Positions 1-12,300 of a stretch of DNA of 64,000 nt are shown here, one piece after another. The stretch spans positions 62,001 to 126,000 of the forward strand of contig NW_005434646.1 of NCBI RefSeq assembly GCF_000315625.1. The letters are read 5' to 3'. The DNA is from Guillardia theta CCMP2712 (Eukaryota > Protista > Cryptophyta). Positions within the stretch are counted from its first letter, which is position 1. Every line of letters starts with the position of its first letter. A program made the position numbers and the translations under genes. The notes beneath the pieces are model-generated. The model was given only the letters and a program-made list of their open reading frames with translations. It did no database searches and was not told where the DNA came from.

Positions 1-356
1 GCAAGGAGGCTCATACTAGCATCGTTTGTGTCACCCCAGCTGGGGTGCGAGAGGAAACAAGAATTGAGAGTGGCCCGCTCTGTTGCACTCTTGCAAGCTC
101 CTCGGATGCATTCAAGAGCTCCTGTAGCATCAATCTCTGCATCCTTCCAAGGCTTGTTCGTCTGCAATATGTCGCCCATGCATTGAGCACAAGCCTGTCT
201 TAACTCAGCATTCACATGATGTCGTCCACTTCCAGCCATGTTCATCAGAAGCTTCGTGTGATTGTGACTGTCTCTCTGCCATGCTGTCAACATAAGCATC
301 GTCACCATCAACGCAAAGCTGCTCGCGGCAGCTGCTCCACCGCGCCATCCCCTCAT
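1..356 (-). CDS. 5' part of a gene running off the window edge; N-terminal hydrophobic anchor or signal, function unknown
   Basis: Stop-free frame from ATG 356 to base 1 (MRGWRGGAAAASSFALMVTMLMLTAWQ...CMGDILQTNKPWKDAE...). Missing from the ORF track because it has no stop in the window. Confidence 0.55.
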   Translation of the reverse strand, partial: MRGWRGGAAAASSFALMVTMLMLTAWQRDSHNHTKLLMNMAGSGRHHVNAELRQACAQCMGDILQTNKPWKDAEIDATGALECIRGACKSATERATLNSCFLSHPSWGDTNDASMSLL

Positions 357-1393
357 TTCCGAATTTAGAGTCACCGCCAGTCTTTTTTTTTTTCCACGAC
401 TCGAAATCTTTGTGGAGGCAACCAGGAACTTGCGAGGATTGGCGGCAGCGAGAAGGACGCATGCTACCCGCGTTGCTGTGAAAGTCAGATTGCAGTCATT
501 CTTGGAAGAGAGTCAGCTATTCCTTTCCATTGTCGTATGACTAGCACGCCTCATCATAGAAGGGAGACATCTCAAGCAGGTCTGGGGCAGAATTCCGAAC
601 TTAATTCCACATACAATTGTCTCCAGCAGCAAATTTGTGACAGTCTTTAGTGTCACTCAGATCGCGGATCAAAATGTTTCTCGGAACAAATCAAAACTAT
701 CATTTTATTCGAACACAAATCTGGCAACGAAGATCGAAAGGACGAACATGTTTGAGTATTTTGTGGACTGCACAAAACAGAGCGTGTCTACAATATAAGC
801 GTTCAAGAGATAGCATTTCATTATGATTGTCTATGTCGTCCCATTGTCTGCATCAAGTGCATCAAAATGTTCGTATGAAATGGCTCTAAGTCAACATCTT
901 GCTGAGCAATGAATGATTGCTTTTCAACATCTCTTTACAAGGACAGCTCTCATTCGTTTCTGATTCTTGTATTTTAAGGCCATTCCATTTGCATAATTCT
1001 ATGAGAACAGATGAAATCAGATTTCATGAGGCATCTACATCAACGGCGTTTACTCTCACTAATGGGCCATACGGAGCCAAGGGGATACAGCACTACGAGC
1101 ATGTCGCTCCCGATGTGTCTCGGGATCGATGCTCGGAGGCGGGTCACCGTACCGGGTCGGAGTATTTGCAGCCGATGTGATCCCCCCGGCCTCCCCCATC
1201 TAGAAGGGTCGGACCTGGGGGTCCACGTGAGCCGGTCCTCATAGGAGGGGTCTCGACCTGAATGCTAAGGGGTGGAATCAGGTCAGAAGATGGGGTCATC
1301 TCCCCTCGTGTCGAACATATCCGATGTGCTGCGAGCAAGGGATAGGGGTAGATTGCAGATGGGGGTAGGGTAGGTCCGTTACATTTTTTGGGC

Positions 1394-1486
1394 ATGCAGG
1401 ATCGTTGGCATGCGAGTGGCGGAGGAAAGCAGAACATGATGCGAGAGACAAGGAGGGAGCATCACCACCTTCACCATCGTATCTAT

Positions 1487-1529
<43 letters not shown>

Positions 1530-3529
1530 TGTTTCATGCTCATTCAGCTGCCGCTCGAGGTCCCCTACCTTTGGGATTGCAATCAGCCACAATAGTCCCG
1601 AGTGCTTCCATGCCAGCAGTACAAAGAATGTCCGGGGCGGTACTGCAGGCTGGGATGAGAGGACGCGTGAACTCTACTCCTGATGTAAAACCTCTGAGTT
1701 CGGGCTTCGGCTCCAGTTCTCAAGAAGTAGAAAGAATCATGTCAAATGCTCAAGCGCAGAAGTGGGGACGGGATTGGCCTGAGCTGTTTGATAACCTTCC
1801 AGGCAGCGAGGTGTACATGGGGACAGGAACCTTTGAAGTCGATGAAGACTTTCACTTCTTCTTGGACCTTGACGATCTTCTCTTCCGACAGAGAGCTGCA
1901 CGACTAGCCAAGCAGAACGCAGCTCAACTAGCTAAAGAGAGACCACCTGGAAACGTGCAGCGGCAAAGCTCGAATGATCCAATGAGAGGATCAAGGTCTG
2001 CTGAATCGAAGGATCGTCAAGCGCGGAGTGAAGTGATACAAGTCGAGTCCTTCTCAAGGTTCAAAGACGATGGCAGCGAAATGCGCTCGAACAACGAGGG
2101 ATTGGAGGACTTAGGGCCCAATCATGATGAAGTGTCAGATTCATTCGGATGGGAGATCTATAAAGAAATTGCAGGTCACGAGCAGCAATGGCACTCAGAA
2201 GCTTCAGAAAGGATGACGCCTTCACAACCGATGGCTTCACAACCGATGGCTTCTCAACCGATGGCTTCTCAACCGATGGCTTCTCAACCGATGGCTTCTC
2301 AACCGATGGCTTCTCAACCGATGGCTTCTCAACCGATGGCTTCTCAACCGATGGCTTCACAACCGATGGCTTCACAACCGATGGCTTCACAACCGATGGC
2401 TTCACAACCGATGGCTTCTCAACCGATGGCTTCACAACCGATGGCTTCACAACCGATGGCTTCTCAACCGATGGCTTCACAACCGATGGCTTCTCAACCG
2501 ATGGCTTCTCAACCGATGGCTTCACAACCGATGGCTTCTCAACCGATGGCTTCACAACCGATGGCTTCTCAACCGATGGCTTCTCAACCGATGGCTTCTC
2601 AACCGATGGCTTCTCAACCGATGGCTTCACAACCGATGGCTTCTCAACCGATGGCTTCTCAACCGATGGCTTCTCAACCGATGGCTTCTCAACCGATGGC
2701 TTCTCAACCGATGGCTTCACAACCGAAGGCTTCTCAACCGATGGCTTCACAACCGATGGCTTCTCAACCGATGGCTTCTCAACCGATGGCTTCACAACCG
2801 ATGGCCTCTCAGCTAGGTTCTCAGGACCAACCATCAAATCAGAGTGAACTGTTTGAGCTCACAAGTGCCAACTCTTCACATTCGCAGGAGGATGATGATG
2901 TATTCTCCGAAACAGATGACATCCTCGAGGCATCCGAAGCTCACCTTCCACTGGAAAACCAGAGACTCCATGATGGAAGACAAGTCTTGAAGACTGACGA
3001 TCAACATGCCATGAATGATGATGGCCCGTATTCTCCATATTGCAATGAGGATCAAGTCATGGATGCTGCAAGTCCATTCCCTTCCAGCGGAGAAAACGGT
3101 GTCTATGATGATCGAGGTTCCGTCAACGAATCTCTGCAAACATCAGCTCACAACGACAACAATGAAGATACAAACAAGCGTTCAGATGGAGCAGTCGGGT
3201 ACTGGATGATGGATGAAAGAGAAAATTCTCCAGATGGAACAGAGATGGTGCGTGAAATCCAAAAGGGTAAGCTCAGGCTTACTCCGCCACCGTGTCCAAG
3301 TACAGATAGTATAGACCTTTTACCGTTTACTTCGTATTCTGGAGGACACGCTCAAACATCAGAAAACAAGAATCCTGATCTTGCCTTCAAGCAGGACGGG
3401 ATACCTGATTACCTGGCCCTCAATGCTCAATTACACAGTGACGCTACAGAACAAAGGGAAAATCATGATACAGAAAAAAATAGCATCCTTATGCTAACTG
3501 ATGCTTTGCTGGGAAAACTTCTGAATTGA
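1394..3529 (+). CDS. Intronless low-complexity protein (~711 aa) with poly-His/poly-Gln, 39 PMASQ repeats and an acidic C-terminus
   Basis: Long ORF with first ATG at 1394. Variation between repeat units is synonymous in this frame (Ser TCA/TCT). Confidence 0.75.
1487..1528 (+). repeat. (CAG)14 coding poly-Gln tract
   Basis: Direct read. Confidence 0.95.
2228..2812 (+). repeat. 15-bp coding minisatellite, 39 units of CCGATGGCTTCWCAA (PMASQ)
   Basis: 585 bp / 15 = 39 units. One unit is PKASQ and the last unit has GCC/CAG. Confidence 0.97.
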
Positions 3530-3594
3530 AAAATACAAGTGATCACTCGAAACATGTAATCTTGAATACCGTCAATTTTAATAAAACCTTTTTG

Positions 3595-4520
3595 TCAATC
3601 GAGCAATGAGTTTTCATGCCAGGATCTTCTTGATTTCGAGATAGAATGTGCATTTCTTTTGATTTGTTGCCTGTAAAGGTCTTCAAGGTTTAAAGGTCGC
3701 ATGTAACCCATCGCTTTTCTCAGCATTATGATGCAATCAAGTTTGTCCTTGGTTACTTCCAATTGCTTATCGTCGTGATGGTCTTGCCTTCCTGTCTTAA
3801 TGAATTCTTCAGCCCAATCGAGAGCTGTCCGTCCGAAGTCGTTAATCAAGAAAGGTCTAGCACCTCCTCTCAAGAGCAAACCCACAACGTTCGATCTCCC
3901 AGTCTCTGCAGCATAATGCAATGGCGTGGAGCCAAGAATGTCACGACTGTTCACATCTGCCTCCATAGTCAGGAGCAGAGAGACCGTGCTAGCATGGCCG
4001 TTCAAAGCTGCCCAGTGCAATGCCTGTCATGGTCTCAGTGAGAGCAAGACGTCGAAGAAGCATGGGGAACCGTGAACTGGAGGTGAGGATCGCAGCCATT
4101 AACGTCTGCTTTCAGGTATGCAACCATCAGCCGTATCTCGTCATCCTCACCTATTCTTGCTGCTTGCAGCAATCGCTTCAATGCAATCCGAGGACTGACT
4201 TCTTGAATCCAGCTATCGTAATCCAGAATTCGTGTCGGGGTCTGGTACATGACCCCACCCTCATATGCATCTCCGTCCTCGTCGATGATCGGCGGGTATC
4301 GATCTTCGTCTCCATACGCAAGAATTTGCTCGATATGCTTCGGCAGAGCCCTTTCATCCTCCCCCCCAAAATATCCGTTTGATGTTTGATAGCCCCCTCT
4401 CAAGATAAGATTGACTTGAGAAGGCACAAGACAGCAGACTATGCATAAGGCATCGCTTTGTAGAGCCCACAAAATCCATGCAAGAAGCAAGTTGCGGCGA
4501 GGGCGCGCGCTTTGTCTCAT
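3595..4520 (-). CDS. Ankyrin-repeat protein with signal peptide and LRGG motif (2 exons)
   Basis: A short intron joins ...CDPHLQFT to ALHWAALNGH...STPLHYAAETG...TALDWA. N-terminus MRQSARPRRNLLLAWILWAL...LILRGG. Confidence 0.85.
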
Positions 4521-4889
4521 CTTATCGGCATGTGTCAAGGAAGCCTAACTGTTTCATTTCTTGCCAGCTCTCTGTAGCTGCTTGCCTTCCTCCCTCCTCC
4601 TTCCTCCCTCCATTCTCCACCCTGCCTCCTCTCCATTTTCCATGCCGACTCTCCATGATTACCCACCCATGTACTGGAAAAACAAGTTAGGGAAAAGGAG
4701 GGGTGATGTGTCCCGACCGAGAATACGAATTCAAATGGTGTACGGCATAGAAAAGCCGAGTGCGAGGGACAAGGACAGGCCGAGTGAGAGGGTAGCGACA
4801 AGAAGGGCGGAAGAAGGGAAGAGGTCGAACAGAGATATGGGCAGACAAGTCAAGAGGAATGTAGACAGCGAGATAGATCGGTTATGGAT

Positions 4890-4975
4890 GATGTATGTGG
4901 GTCCGCAGAAGGGGTACTTGATCTAAAGGATGTATGTGGGTCCGCAGAAGGGGTACCATAACTTGATCTGAAGGA
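4890..4975 (+). repeat. Direct repeat (28 bp identical, period 39) in the divergent ankyrin/villin intergenic region
   Basis: GATGTATGTGGGTCCGCAGAAGGGGTAC at 4890-4917 and 4929-4956, each followed by TTGATCTRAAGGA. Confidence 0.9.
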
Positions 4976-5024
4976 GAATTGTTGCCAAGCATAGTGTGAA
5001 TCTTGCCGACAGGTACAGATCAAA

Positions 5025-8000
5025 ATGAATCCTACAAGCATGAAGGAGCCGATTTACACCCCGAGAAGAAGCGGGAGATTCGACCAACAAGGCGTTTTGA
5101 ACACTCTGAACGCGGCACCCATTTTACCATCACCAGCGATGACACCTCGAGTTAACGGAGATTCCATGATTATGAATCGCCTTGATAGCTTCCATAACCC
5201 CACAGCGACTCCAAGAAACATCCCTTCAATGAACTTTAACGCAAGCCCTGAAAACAGGTCACTGCAGATCCTAGATCGATCGAGTTGGTTGCCAAGCCCC
5301 CGAATGAGCTTTGCAGGAAACTACAAGTTTCAGAATACTGAGCTGAGCATTCTCGATGGCTCTGTTGTCAGCCGGCAAGTGCTGGAGACGCAAGAGCCAG
5401 AATTCATCTCAAAGCTCGAAAACAGCCTCATCCAGATCCAGAGTGAGGCAGGAAGAAAGACGATCATTCAGAAACATCAGGCCGTCGGTGAAGGAGATCT
5501 CGAAAGTGAGATTTCACGGGCGGAGGCGATGGCGCAAATCTATCAGAAAGGAGCTCTCCGTCCCGAGCAGGACATGGAAGCTGAAGAAGTTTGGGAAGCC
5601 TTGATGTTGTGGTGTAGCTCCCATGATTCTGCTCTTGACCAGCATCGGATAGAGGAACTGGGTAAGTGAATGCCACTGGTCGTCTCTGTCTGTCAGCCTC
5701 CTCTCACAGCCTTACAGGGCATGGGCTCGACATATGGAGAGTTGAGCAATTCAATCTTGTCATGATACCGAAACAAGAGTTCGGAACCTTCAACGATGGG
5801 GATGTTTACCTCATCTTGAATCGAGTCGACGATCAGCAGGGAGCCATCGCTCACGTCGAAGAGGTTTGCCGCACAGCTCGCCGACTGCTGCGTGTTTGAC
5901 GTGATGGGTCAGGCCTATCATGCCAGACGATCTCGTGTGAAGACCTTGTGGACGATGCACTTCTGGATCGGAGCTGAGGCACATCCCCTCAAGGCGGGTG
6001 TGGCTGCGACCCTCGCGGTGGATCTCTGCAAGGTGGAGGAAGAGATGGGCTGGGATTGTCTCACTGATCCTCCTCCTCTTCTGCATGCAGGTGCTGAAGC
6101 GACATGCACGTCCCATCCGAGAACTTCAAGGGGAAGAGAGTGAAATCTTCACTACTCTGTTCCCGAAACCCAAAATTGTCAAGGGAGGATGTGATCATGG
6201 CTTCCGACGTGTGACAAAGACAGAGAGAAAGAAGCGCCTGATCAGCATCTCAGCTCAAGGTTCGATGAGAGCTCATGTTTGCTTCGCTTCTGACCAGAGA
6301 TCAGTGGTGCAGGGCCGTTTGATAGCTGTGGCCCTGCTAGTCCCAGCAAACCGTCATGTCATCAAGAAGCGAAATTGCTACGTCATGGACACTGAGACGG
6401 TGTGTGCGTTGATCAAGCCGAAAACGAAGATGACTCATGTGCAGGCTTTGTACGTGCTTGTTGGACCAGACGCTCCTAAGCGGGTTATCGCCAAGACTTT
6501 CCAGTTCGCCTCCTGCATGCGCATGAGAGAGCATGTTGGAAGTCAATCGTGCGAGTGAGCTTATCCGGCTGACTGTTTCATATTTTGATGTTTCTGATAG
6601 ACTTGTCGTCGTCAACGACAACGATCCTCGCAGCTCTCACTTCTGGGAGCTGCTGGATGCTTCCCCCCTCTCCTCAACCTTCAACTTTGAAAACTTCGAG
6701 ACGACTCTGTACCGCATGGATGACCTGCAGGATGAGATGGAGGTGAAGGCATTCGGAAGTGCTCCTTTGCATCATAAATTATCTCTCTTCAGGTCACGGA
6801 GGTTCAGAAGGGAGGACAGCTCAAGAGAGAGCTCTGCGATCCGGCCACCTGCCTCATCCTGGACTGCGGGCTTGTTGTTTACGTCTGGAAAGGAAAGAAC
6901 GCCACGTTAGATGCGCGAGTGATGAGTGGGAGCCGACAATCTTCGAGGGGCAGGACCTGACGGGTGTGCAGGTTTCGAGGTTGCAAAGAAGATTGCTTCG
7001 GAGAGGGAGAACGCGTCAGTGGTGCTTGTACCGTATGATACCGATGACGTTCTCTTTCTCTCCTACTTCCAAGACGTCCATTGGATTGTTCGCGCTGCTC
7101 CCGTGCGGTCCAACATCAGCTACGAACCCATCAAGGTCCGTGAGACCTCGGTCAGGAAGATGCACAGCGTCACTATCCGCTCGTGGCTCGAGACGGGGCA
7201 GGCGATCCGGCAGCACAACAAGTCAGCGGCGTATGTGCAGGAGGGGGGACTGAGCTCGCTCAAGGCATGGAGCATCGACAACTTCTCGCTAGTCGCTGTC
7301 ACGGAGCCGCTAGTCGGTCACTTCGTCATGGACCGCAGCTACCTGGTGCAGTGCACTTACAAGACGGAGGGGTTGGACAGGCACATCATCTACTTCTGGC
7401 AGGGGTGGGTCTGCAGCCGCGTCGAGTCGCTCGTGTGGCAGTACGACATTTCTGCGCTCATGGCGAAGCAGATCGAGAAGCAGACGGGCAGCAAACCGTT
7501 CCAGGTCAGCGTGCAGCAGGGAAAGGAGCCGAGTCACTTCCTGGAGCTCTTCAGCGGGGCTATGATCGTCCACAAGACCTTCGCCAAGGCAAAGAACATC
7601 CACGAGTCCAAGGACGACGAGCATCTGATGCTGGTCTATGACGGCCTCTACGCAATCGCCGGCACTTGCGCTTCCCGTGCCTACTGTATACAGGTGGATT
7701 TCCCTCTTTCCTCCTCCTCATGTCCCTGCTCCTCCTCTACCTCCTGACTCCTCCCGAAGGTTGAAACCTCAGCGCTCTCGCTCAACAGCAACACGTGCTT
7801 CCTCCTCTTCTCTAGTCAGGCGCTGTTCCTCTGGTTCGGCCACTGGACGGACCTACAGGAGCGCGAGATCGCCAGGCACGTCGCCGAGTGTCACCGAGGT
7901 GACGCGGAGATCCTCGTCATCCACGAGCGACAGGTGAGCGAACCTCCGCCCTCCTCCTCTTCCAGCTGACCCCGAGCTCAGGAGCCCCGCGAGTTCTGGG

Positions 8001-9268
8001 AGCGGCTGGGTAAGGAGAGTGGACACATGTGCCCGAGCTTCGTGAAGGAGGCATCGCCCTCCCCCTCGCCCTCCCCAGCTCCTACTCACCTGCTGCAGGT
8101 GGCCTGGTGGAAGCCTCGGCTGTTTGGATGCAAAGCGATCTCCTGCCAGCTACGCGTGCGCGAGGTCTTCGACTTCTGTCAGGTGACCTCCTGGTGGACC
8201 CTTGCTTTCTCAGCTCAGCTGGGCTATCAGGCGGACCTGCGTCATCACAAGGCTATGATCCTCGACAACTACAACCAACTGTTCCTCTGGGTTGGCCCGC
8301 AGGTCCCTCCTCCCCTCTCTCCCTCCTCCCCTCTCTCCCCCCCTCCCCTCTCTCCCTCCTCCCCTCTCTCTCCCCCTCCCCTCTCTCCCCCCCTCCCCTC
8401 TCTCCCTCCTCCCTTTTGCTTATCCTCGCAGTGTCTAAGGTAAGTTCGCAGTGCAATGCTGTGGTGCAGAGGATGGCACTATCGCTGGCTCAGGACTACA
8501 TAAAGCAGGTGCTAAGCTTGACCTGCGACATCCTGTCTCCTCCTCCTCCTCCTCCTCCTCCTCCTCCCGTCGCCTCAGTCTTCCACTGGTCATCTCCTCG
8601 TCTCCTCTCACATCTCGCAGGCTCCCGATGGAAGGAATCGAAGCCAGGAGATCATCGTCGTTCACTTCGGCTGCGAGCCTGACAACTTCCGCTGCCACTT
8701 CCCTTGGTCTCCTCCTCCTCCTCCTCCTCCTCCTCCTCCTCATCCTCATCCTCATCCTCATCCTCATCCGCCTCCTCCTCCTGATTCTCTTGGTTCTTTG
8801 CCTCCTACTAATCGTTCTTGTCCGTTTCTCTCCTCTAGGTGGCTTTCATGGCCGAGCTTGCCGGGCGAGGAAGCAGACGGCATAGCAGCAGGCAGGAAGC
8901 AGGCAGGGCTGTCGAGCCACTGCCGCGCTCTCGGCATCTCTCCAGCAGTTCTCCGACAGGTGAGGGCGCGAGGGCTACAGCTGGGAGTGAGGTGGGCTGT
9001 AGGCCGTGCATATGCTGAACAAGGTGACCCCGAGGGTGAGAGATCCGCTCAAGCTCATCGTGTGGAAGAACCACGAGCTCGCAAAGTTAGAACCCCCCAG
9101 CCCCTCCCCTCCTCCCCTCTCCCTCCTTCCCCCTTCTTCTCCTTCCGCTCTCCTGGTCTCCTCACTTGATCCTCACGACCTACCAGGTGGATGCGCTGGT
9201 CAAGCTCGACTTCGCCGTTTCACAATACTTTCTTCAAGCGGATGCAGGAGGAGCGAGGGCGAGAATGA
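5025..9268 (+). CDS. Villin/gelsolin-family actin-binding protein (multi-exon), ~210-aa N-terminal extension, no headpiece seen
   Basis: Gelsolin motifs LDIWRVEQF..GTFNDGDVYLIL, HFWIG, RELQGEESEIF, CLILDCG..VYVWKG, IIYFWQG, VQQGKEPSHFLELF, MILDNYNQLFLWVG, joined across short GT-AG introns. Inferred stop TGA at 9266-9268. Confidence 0.85.
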
Positions 9269-9388
9269 CATGTTTCATTCAATGTACAACATTTACACTC
9301 ACATTATTTACAAGCCAGCGCTCGAACCCCTCCTCCCCCTCCTGTCCTCCCTCCCTTCCTCCTCCAGTCGTCCCACTGTAGCGTCTCC

Positions 9389-12300
9389 TCACTTCTTGTC
9401 ATCATCACTCCAGTCTTCACCATGCTCTTGTGATACAAACTGACGTGAAGTGTCAGTTAACTCCTCCTCCTCCCTCTCCCCTCTTCTCCTCCCTCTCCCC
9501 TCTCCCCTCTCCTCCCTCTCTCCTCTCTTCCTCCCCTCCCCTCCTCCCTCTCTCCTCTCTTCCTCCCTCTCCCCCCTTACCCTCCCCTCCTCCCTCTCTC
9601 CTCCTCCCCTCCTCCCTCTCTCCTCCTCCCCTCCTCCCTCTCTCCTCCCCTCCTCCCTAGCCTCTCACCTTCAGCCCTCTCATTGATCGCTTGTACCGCT
9701 GGACCTGTGAGGTCCAGAACTTGTAGAGTGAACCTGTAACGAGGGTGAGCGGGAGGAGCAGAAGAACGAGGAAGCGACTAACGCAAGTCGACTTCAATCT
9801 GCTTCCTCAGATCTGCGGTCTTCTCCTTCACCTCCTCGTTGTCCACTGCTCGAGCATACTGACCATCTCCCATCAGAAGAGCCTCACCGTGAGGAAGGGA
9901 GGGAGGGCAGGAGAAGGCGAGTGAGGAACGTGGGGATGCGGGAAGGAGGAAGACGAAGAGGAGGAGGAGGAGGAGGGATGAACCTGGATCGCTGCGAGAG
10001 CGACAACGATAGTGATGACAAGGTTGAGGGTGGCAGCAAGAGGATCCGTGGGCTCAGAGAAGGCGGAGAAGCCGATGAAGAGGAAAATGTAGACGAGGAC
10101 CAGAAGAACACTCTTGAAGAAGTTGGCGATCACCTTGAAGCGCAAGTCACAAATAGCCAATGCTGCGTTGAAGGTCTGCAGACAGAGGAGGAGGAGGAGG
10201 AGGAGGAGGAGGAGGAGGAGGAGGAGGAGGAGAGCTTTCTCACCAAACCAGGAAAGGAGATATTGTTCTGTTTGATCGCTTTGTCGATTCTGTCTGCCGT
10301 GAAAACAGCGACGAAACGTGAAGGGATTCCAAGTTTCCCTTTGATCCACCACGTTTGGTCGTGAACCGACTTGGTCACTGAGTTCTTCACTCTCGTCTGC
10401 AAACATTGTCAGATTGGCCCTCTATCTCTGCGTCTTGCACAATGCTGTCCAGCTCCAGCTCCTGCCCCTGCCCCTTGCTCCCTCTCCCCTCTGGCATGCC
10501 TTTCTCTCTCCTTCCTTTCGTGCTGTTCTCACCAGGAAGATGTTGTCTTTGAGGATGTTCAACACAAAGAAGCTCAGCACTCCTCCAGCTGAGAACTAGC
10601 AGACAAGTAAGACTAGGCATCTCGAATCCAACAAGTGGTCTTGGAAGAGGCAGAGGTAGGGGAGGGGAGGAGAGGAGAGGAGAGGAGAGGAGAGGAGAGG
10701 AGAGGAGAGGAGAGGAGAGGAGAGGAGAGGAGAGGAGAGGAGAGGAGAGGAGAGGAGAGGAGAGGAGAGGAGAGGAGAGGAAAAGGAGTAAGGAGAAGAA
10801 TCTGGCACGCAGGTTTTACCACGACAGGTCCGGACTTGGCTGGGCTGATGACGATGAGGCCGAGAATGATCCAGAAGGAAGAGAGGAGGACGAGGAACAA
10901 GGAGAGCCAGAGGAAGAAGAAGTAGACCACGTAAAACGCGATCCTGATCACTTGGCGCATCGAAGGGATGTGAACTAGGGGCGGGCCGAGGCCGAGGGAG
11001 TGGAGGGGGCTCTTGCGAACATACCAGACGCGATAGGGAATCTGCTAGGATGTGAGGGGGGGAGCGAAGGTGTGGAGGTGAACCTGAAGGTGGTAGAGCG
11101 ACAACTCCAAAAGGATGACGACCCAGAAGATGTACACGAGGTACTGAAGGACAGAGACGACAATGTTCTTGCTCATTAAACATGTACACCTGTAAAAATG
11201 ATCATCGTCACCGTCATCATCGACATCGTCATCGTTAGCAGCAACAGCAGGGTATCAGCGCGGTAATGTTACTTACTTGTCAGCTCGAGACTCGCATAAA
11301 GTCTTTAGCCAAGATTCCTCGAAGATTGACGACAAGTAGAGCGGCAAGATGGAAGGAAAGACAGCAATCAAAACCTGAAGGATCATAACAAAAAAATCTC
11401 AGATCATATCGCACAAATCACAACCAACAATCAAGTTAATTGACTCGGTTTTACCTCTCGCACTGCTATTATCATCCGGTAGTAGAGGGTCTTCGGGGTC
11501 CCCAAATCTCCAAGAAAGTCTTCGCACATGCAGAAAAAGTTTGTCGTACCAATCTGACGGTACGAGATGAGAAAGAAGATAAGATAGAAGATAAGATAAA
11601 GGATAAAAGATGAGACAAGATAGAAGATAAGACAAAGGATAAAAGATAAGATAAGATAGAAGATAAGGAAGCAAACGAAATGATAATCATCATGGTGACA
11701 CATCGTCAGCAATCGACGCATCAACTCTTACAAGGTCATCTTGATCTTCATTCACTGCCTCCTCCGCATTGTCCATCTCTTGCGCATGCACTCGCTTCAA
11801 CCTCTCAATCTCGTTGAGCGCCTGCTGGCCGTCAACCCTGCAGCGCCTCCCTCCCTTCCCTCTCTTCTCCCTCCCTCCCTCTCTTCTCCCTCCCTCCCTC
11901 TATTCTCCCTCCCTCCCTCTCTCCTCCCTCCCTCCCTCCCTCCCTCCTCGTCCCTAGCTCCTCGCTCCTCCATCGCTCCTCTATCCCTCCCGCCTTGTCT
12001 CCTCGCTCCCACCTTTTCTCTCTCGACGTCATCGTCGCTCTGAGCGATCTGCTTCAACTCCTTCATCTCTCGCTGAATCTTGAGGTGCTGCATCAGCGCG
12101 TTCTCGAAGAGCATCCTCGTGTTCAGATGCGCCCGCCTGAAGTCCAGGAGGTACTTCCGTCCTGCCTTGAACGCCAGCCACGTGCAGTAGCAGGCGCACA
12201 GGCCTGGGAAGAGAACTCCGATCCAGACGATGGCGTTGAGAAGCCCATAGCTGGAGGACACAAACTTCTCGAGCCTCGTCGCTCCCGAGTCCGGGTCTGT

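Noticed and set aside
205-462. 85-aa ORF from the track
   Set aside because: An overlapping frame from ATG 356 that runs off the edge looks more protein-like.
2061-2847. Overlapping ORFs KPSVE(n) and TDGFS(n)
   Set aside because: By-products of a stop-free 15-mer. Unit variation is synonymous only in the PMASQ frame.
3860-3880. Additional LRGG inside the ankyrin repeat (LLLRGGARP)
   Set aside because: Matches the ordinary ankyrin LL..GA consensus and is not in a leader position.
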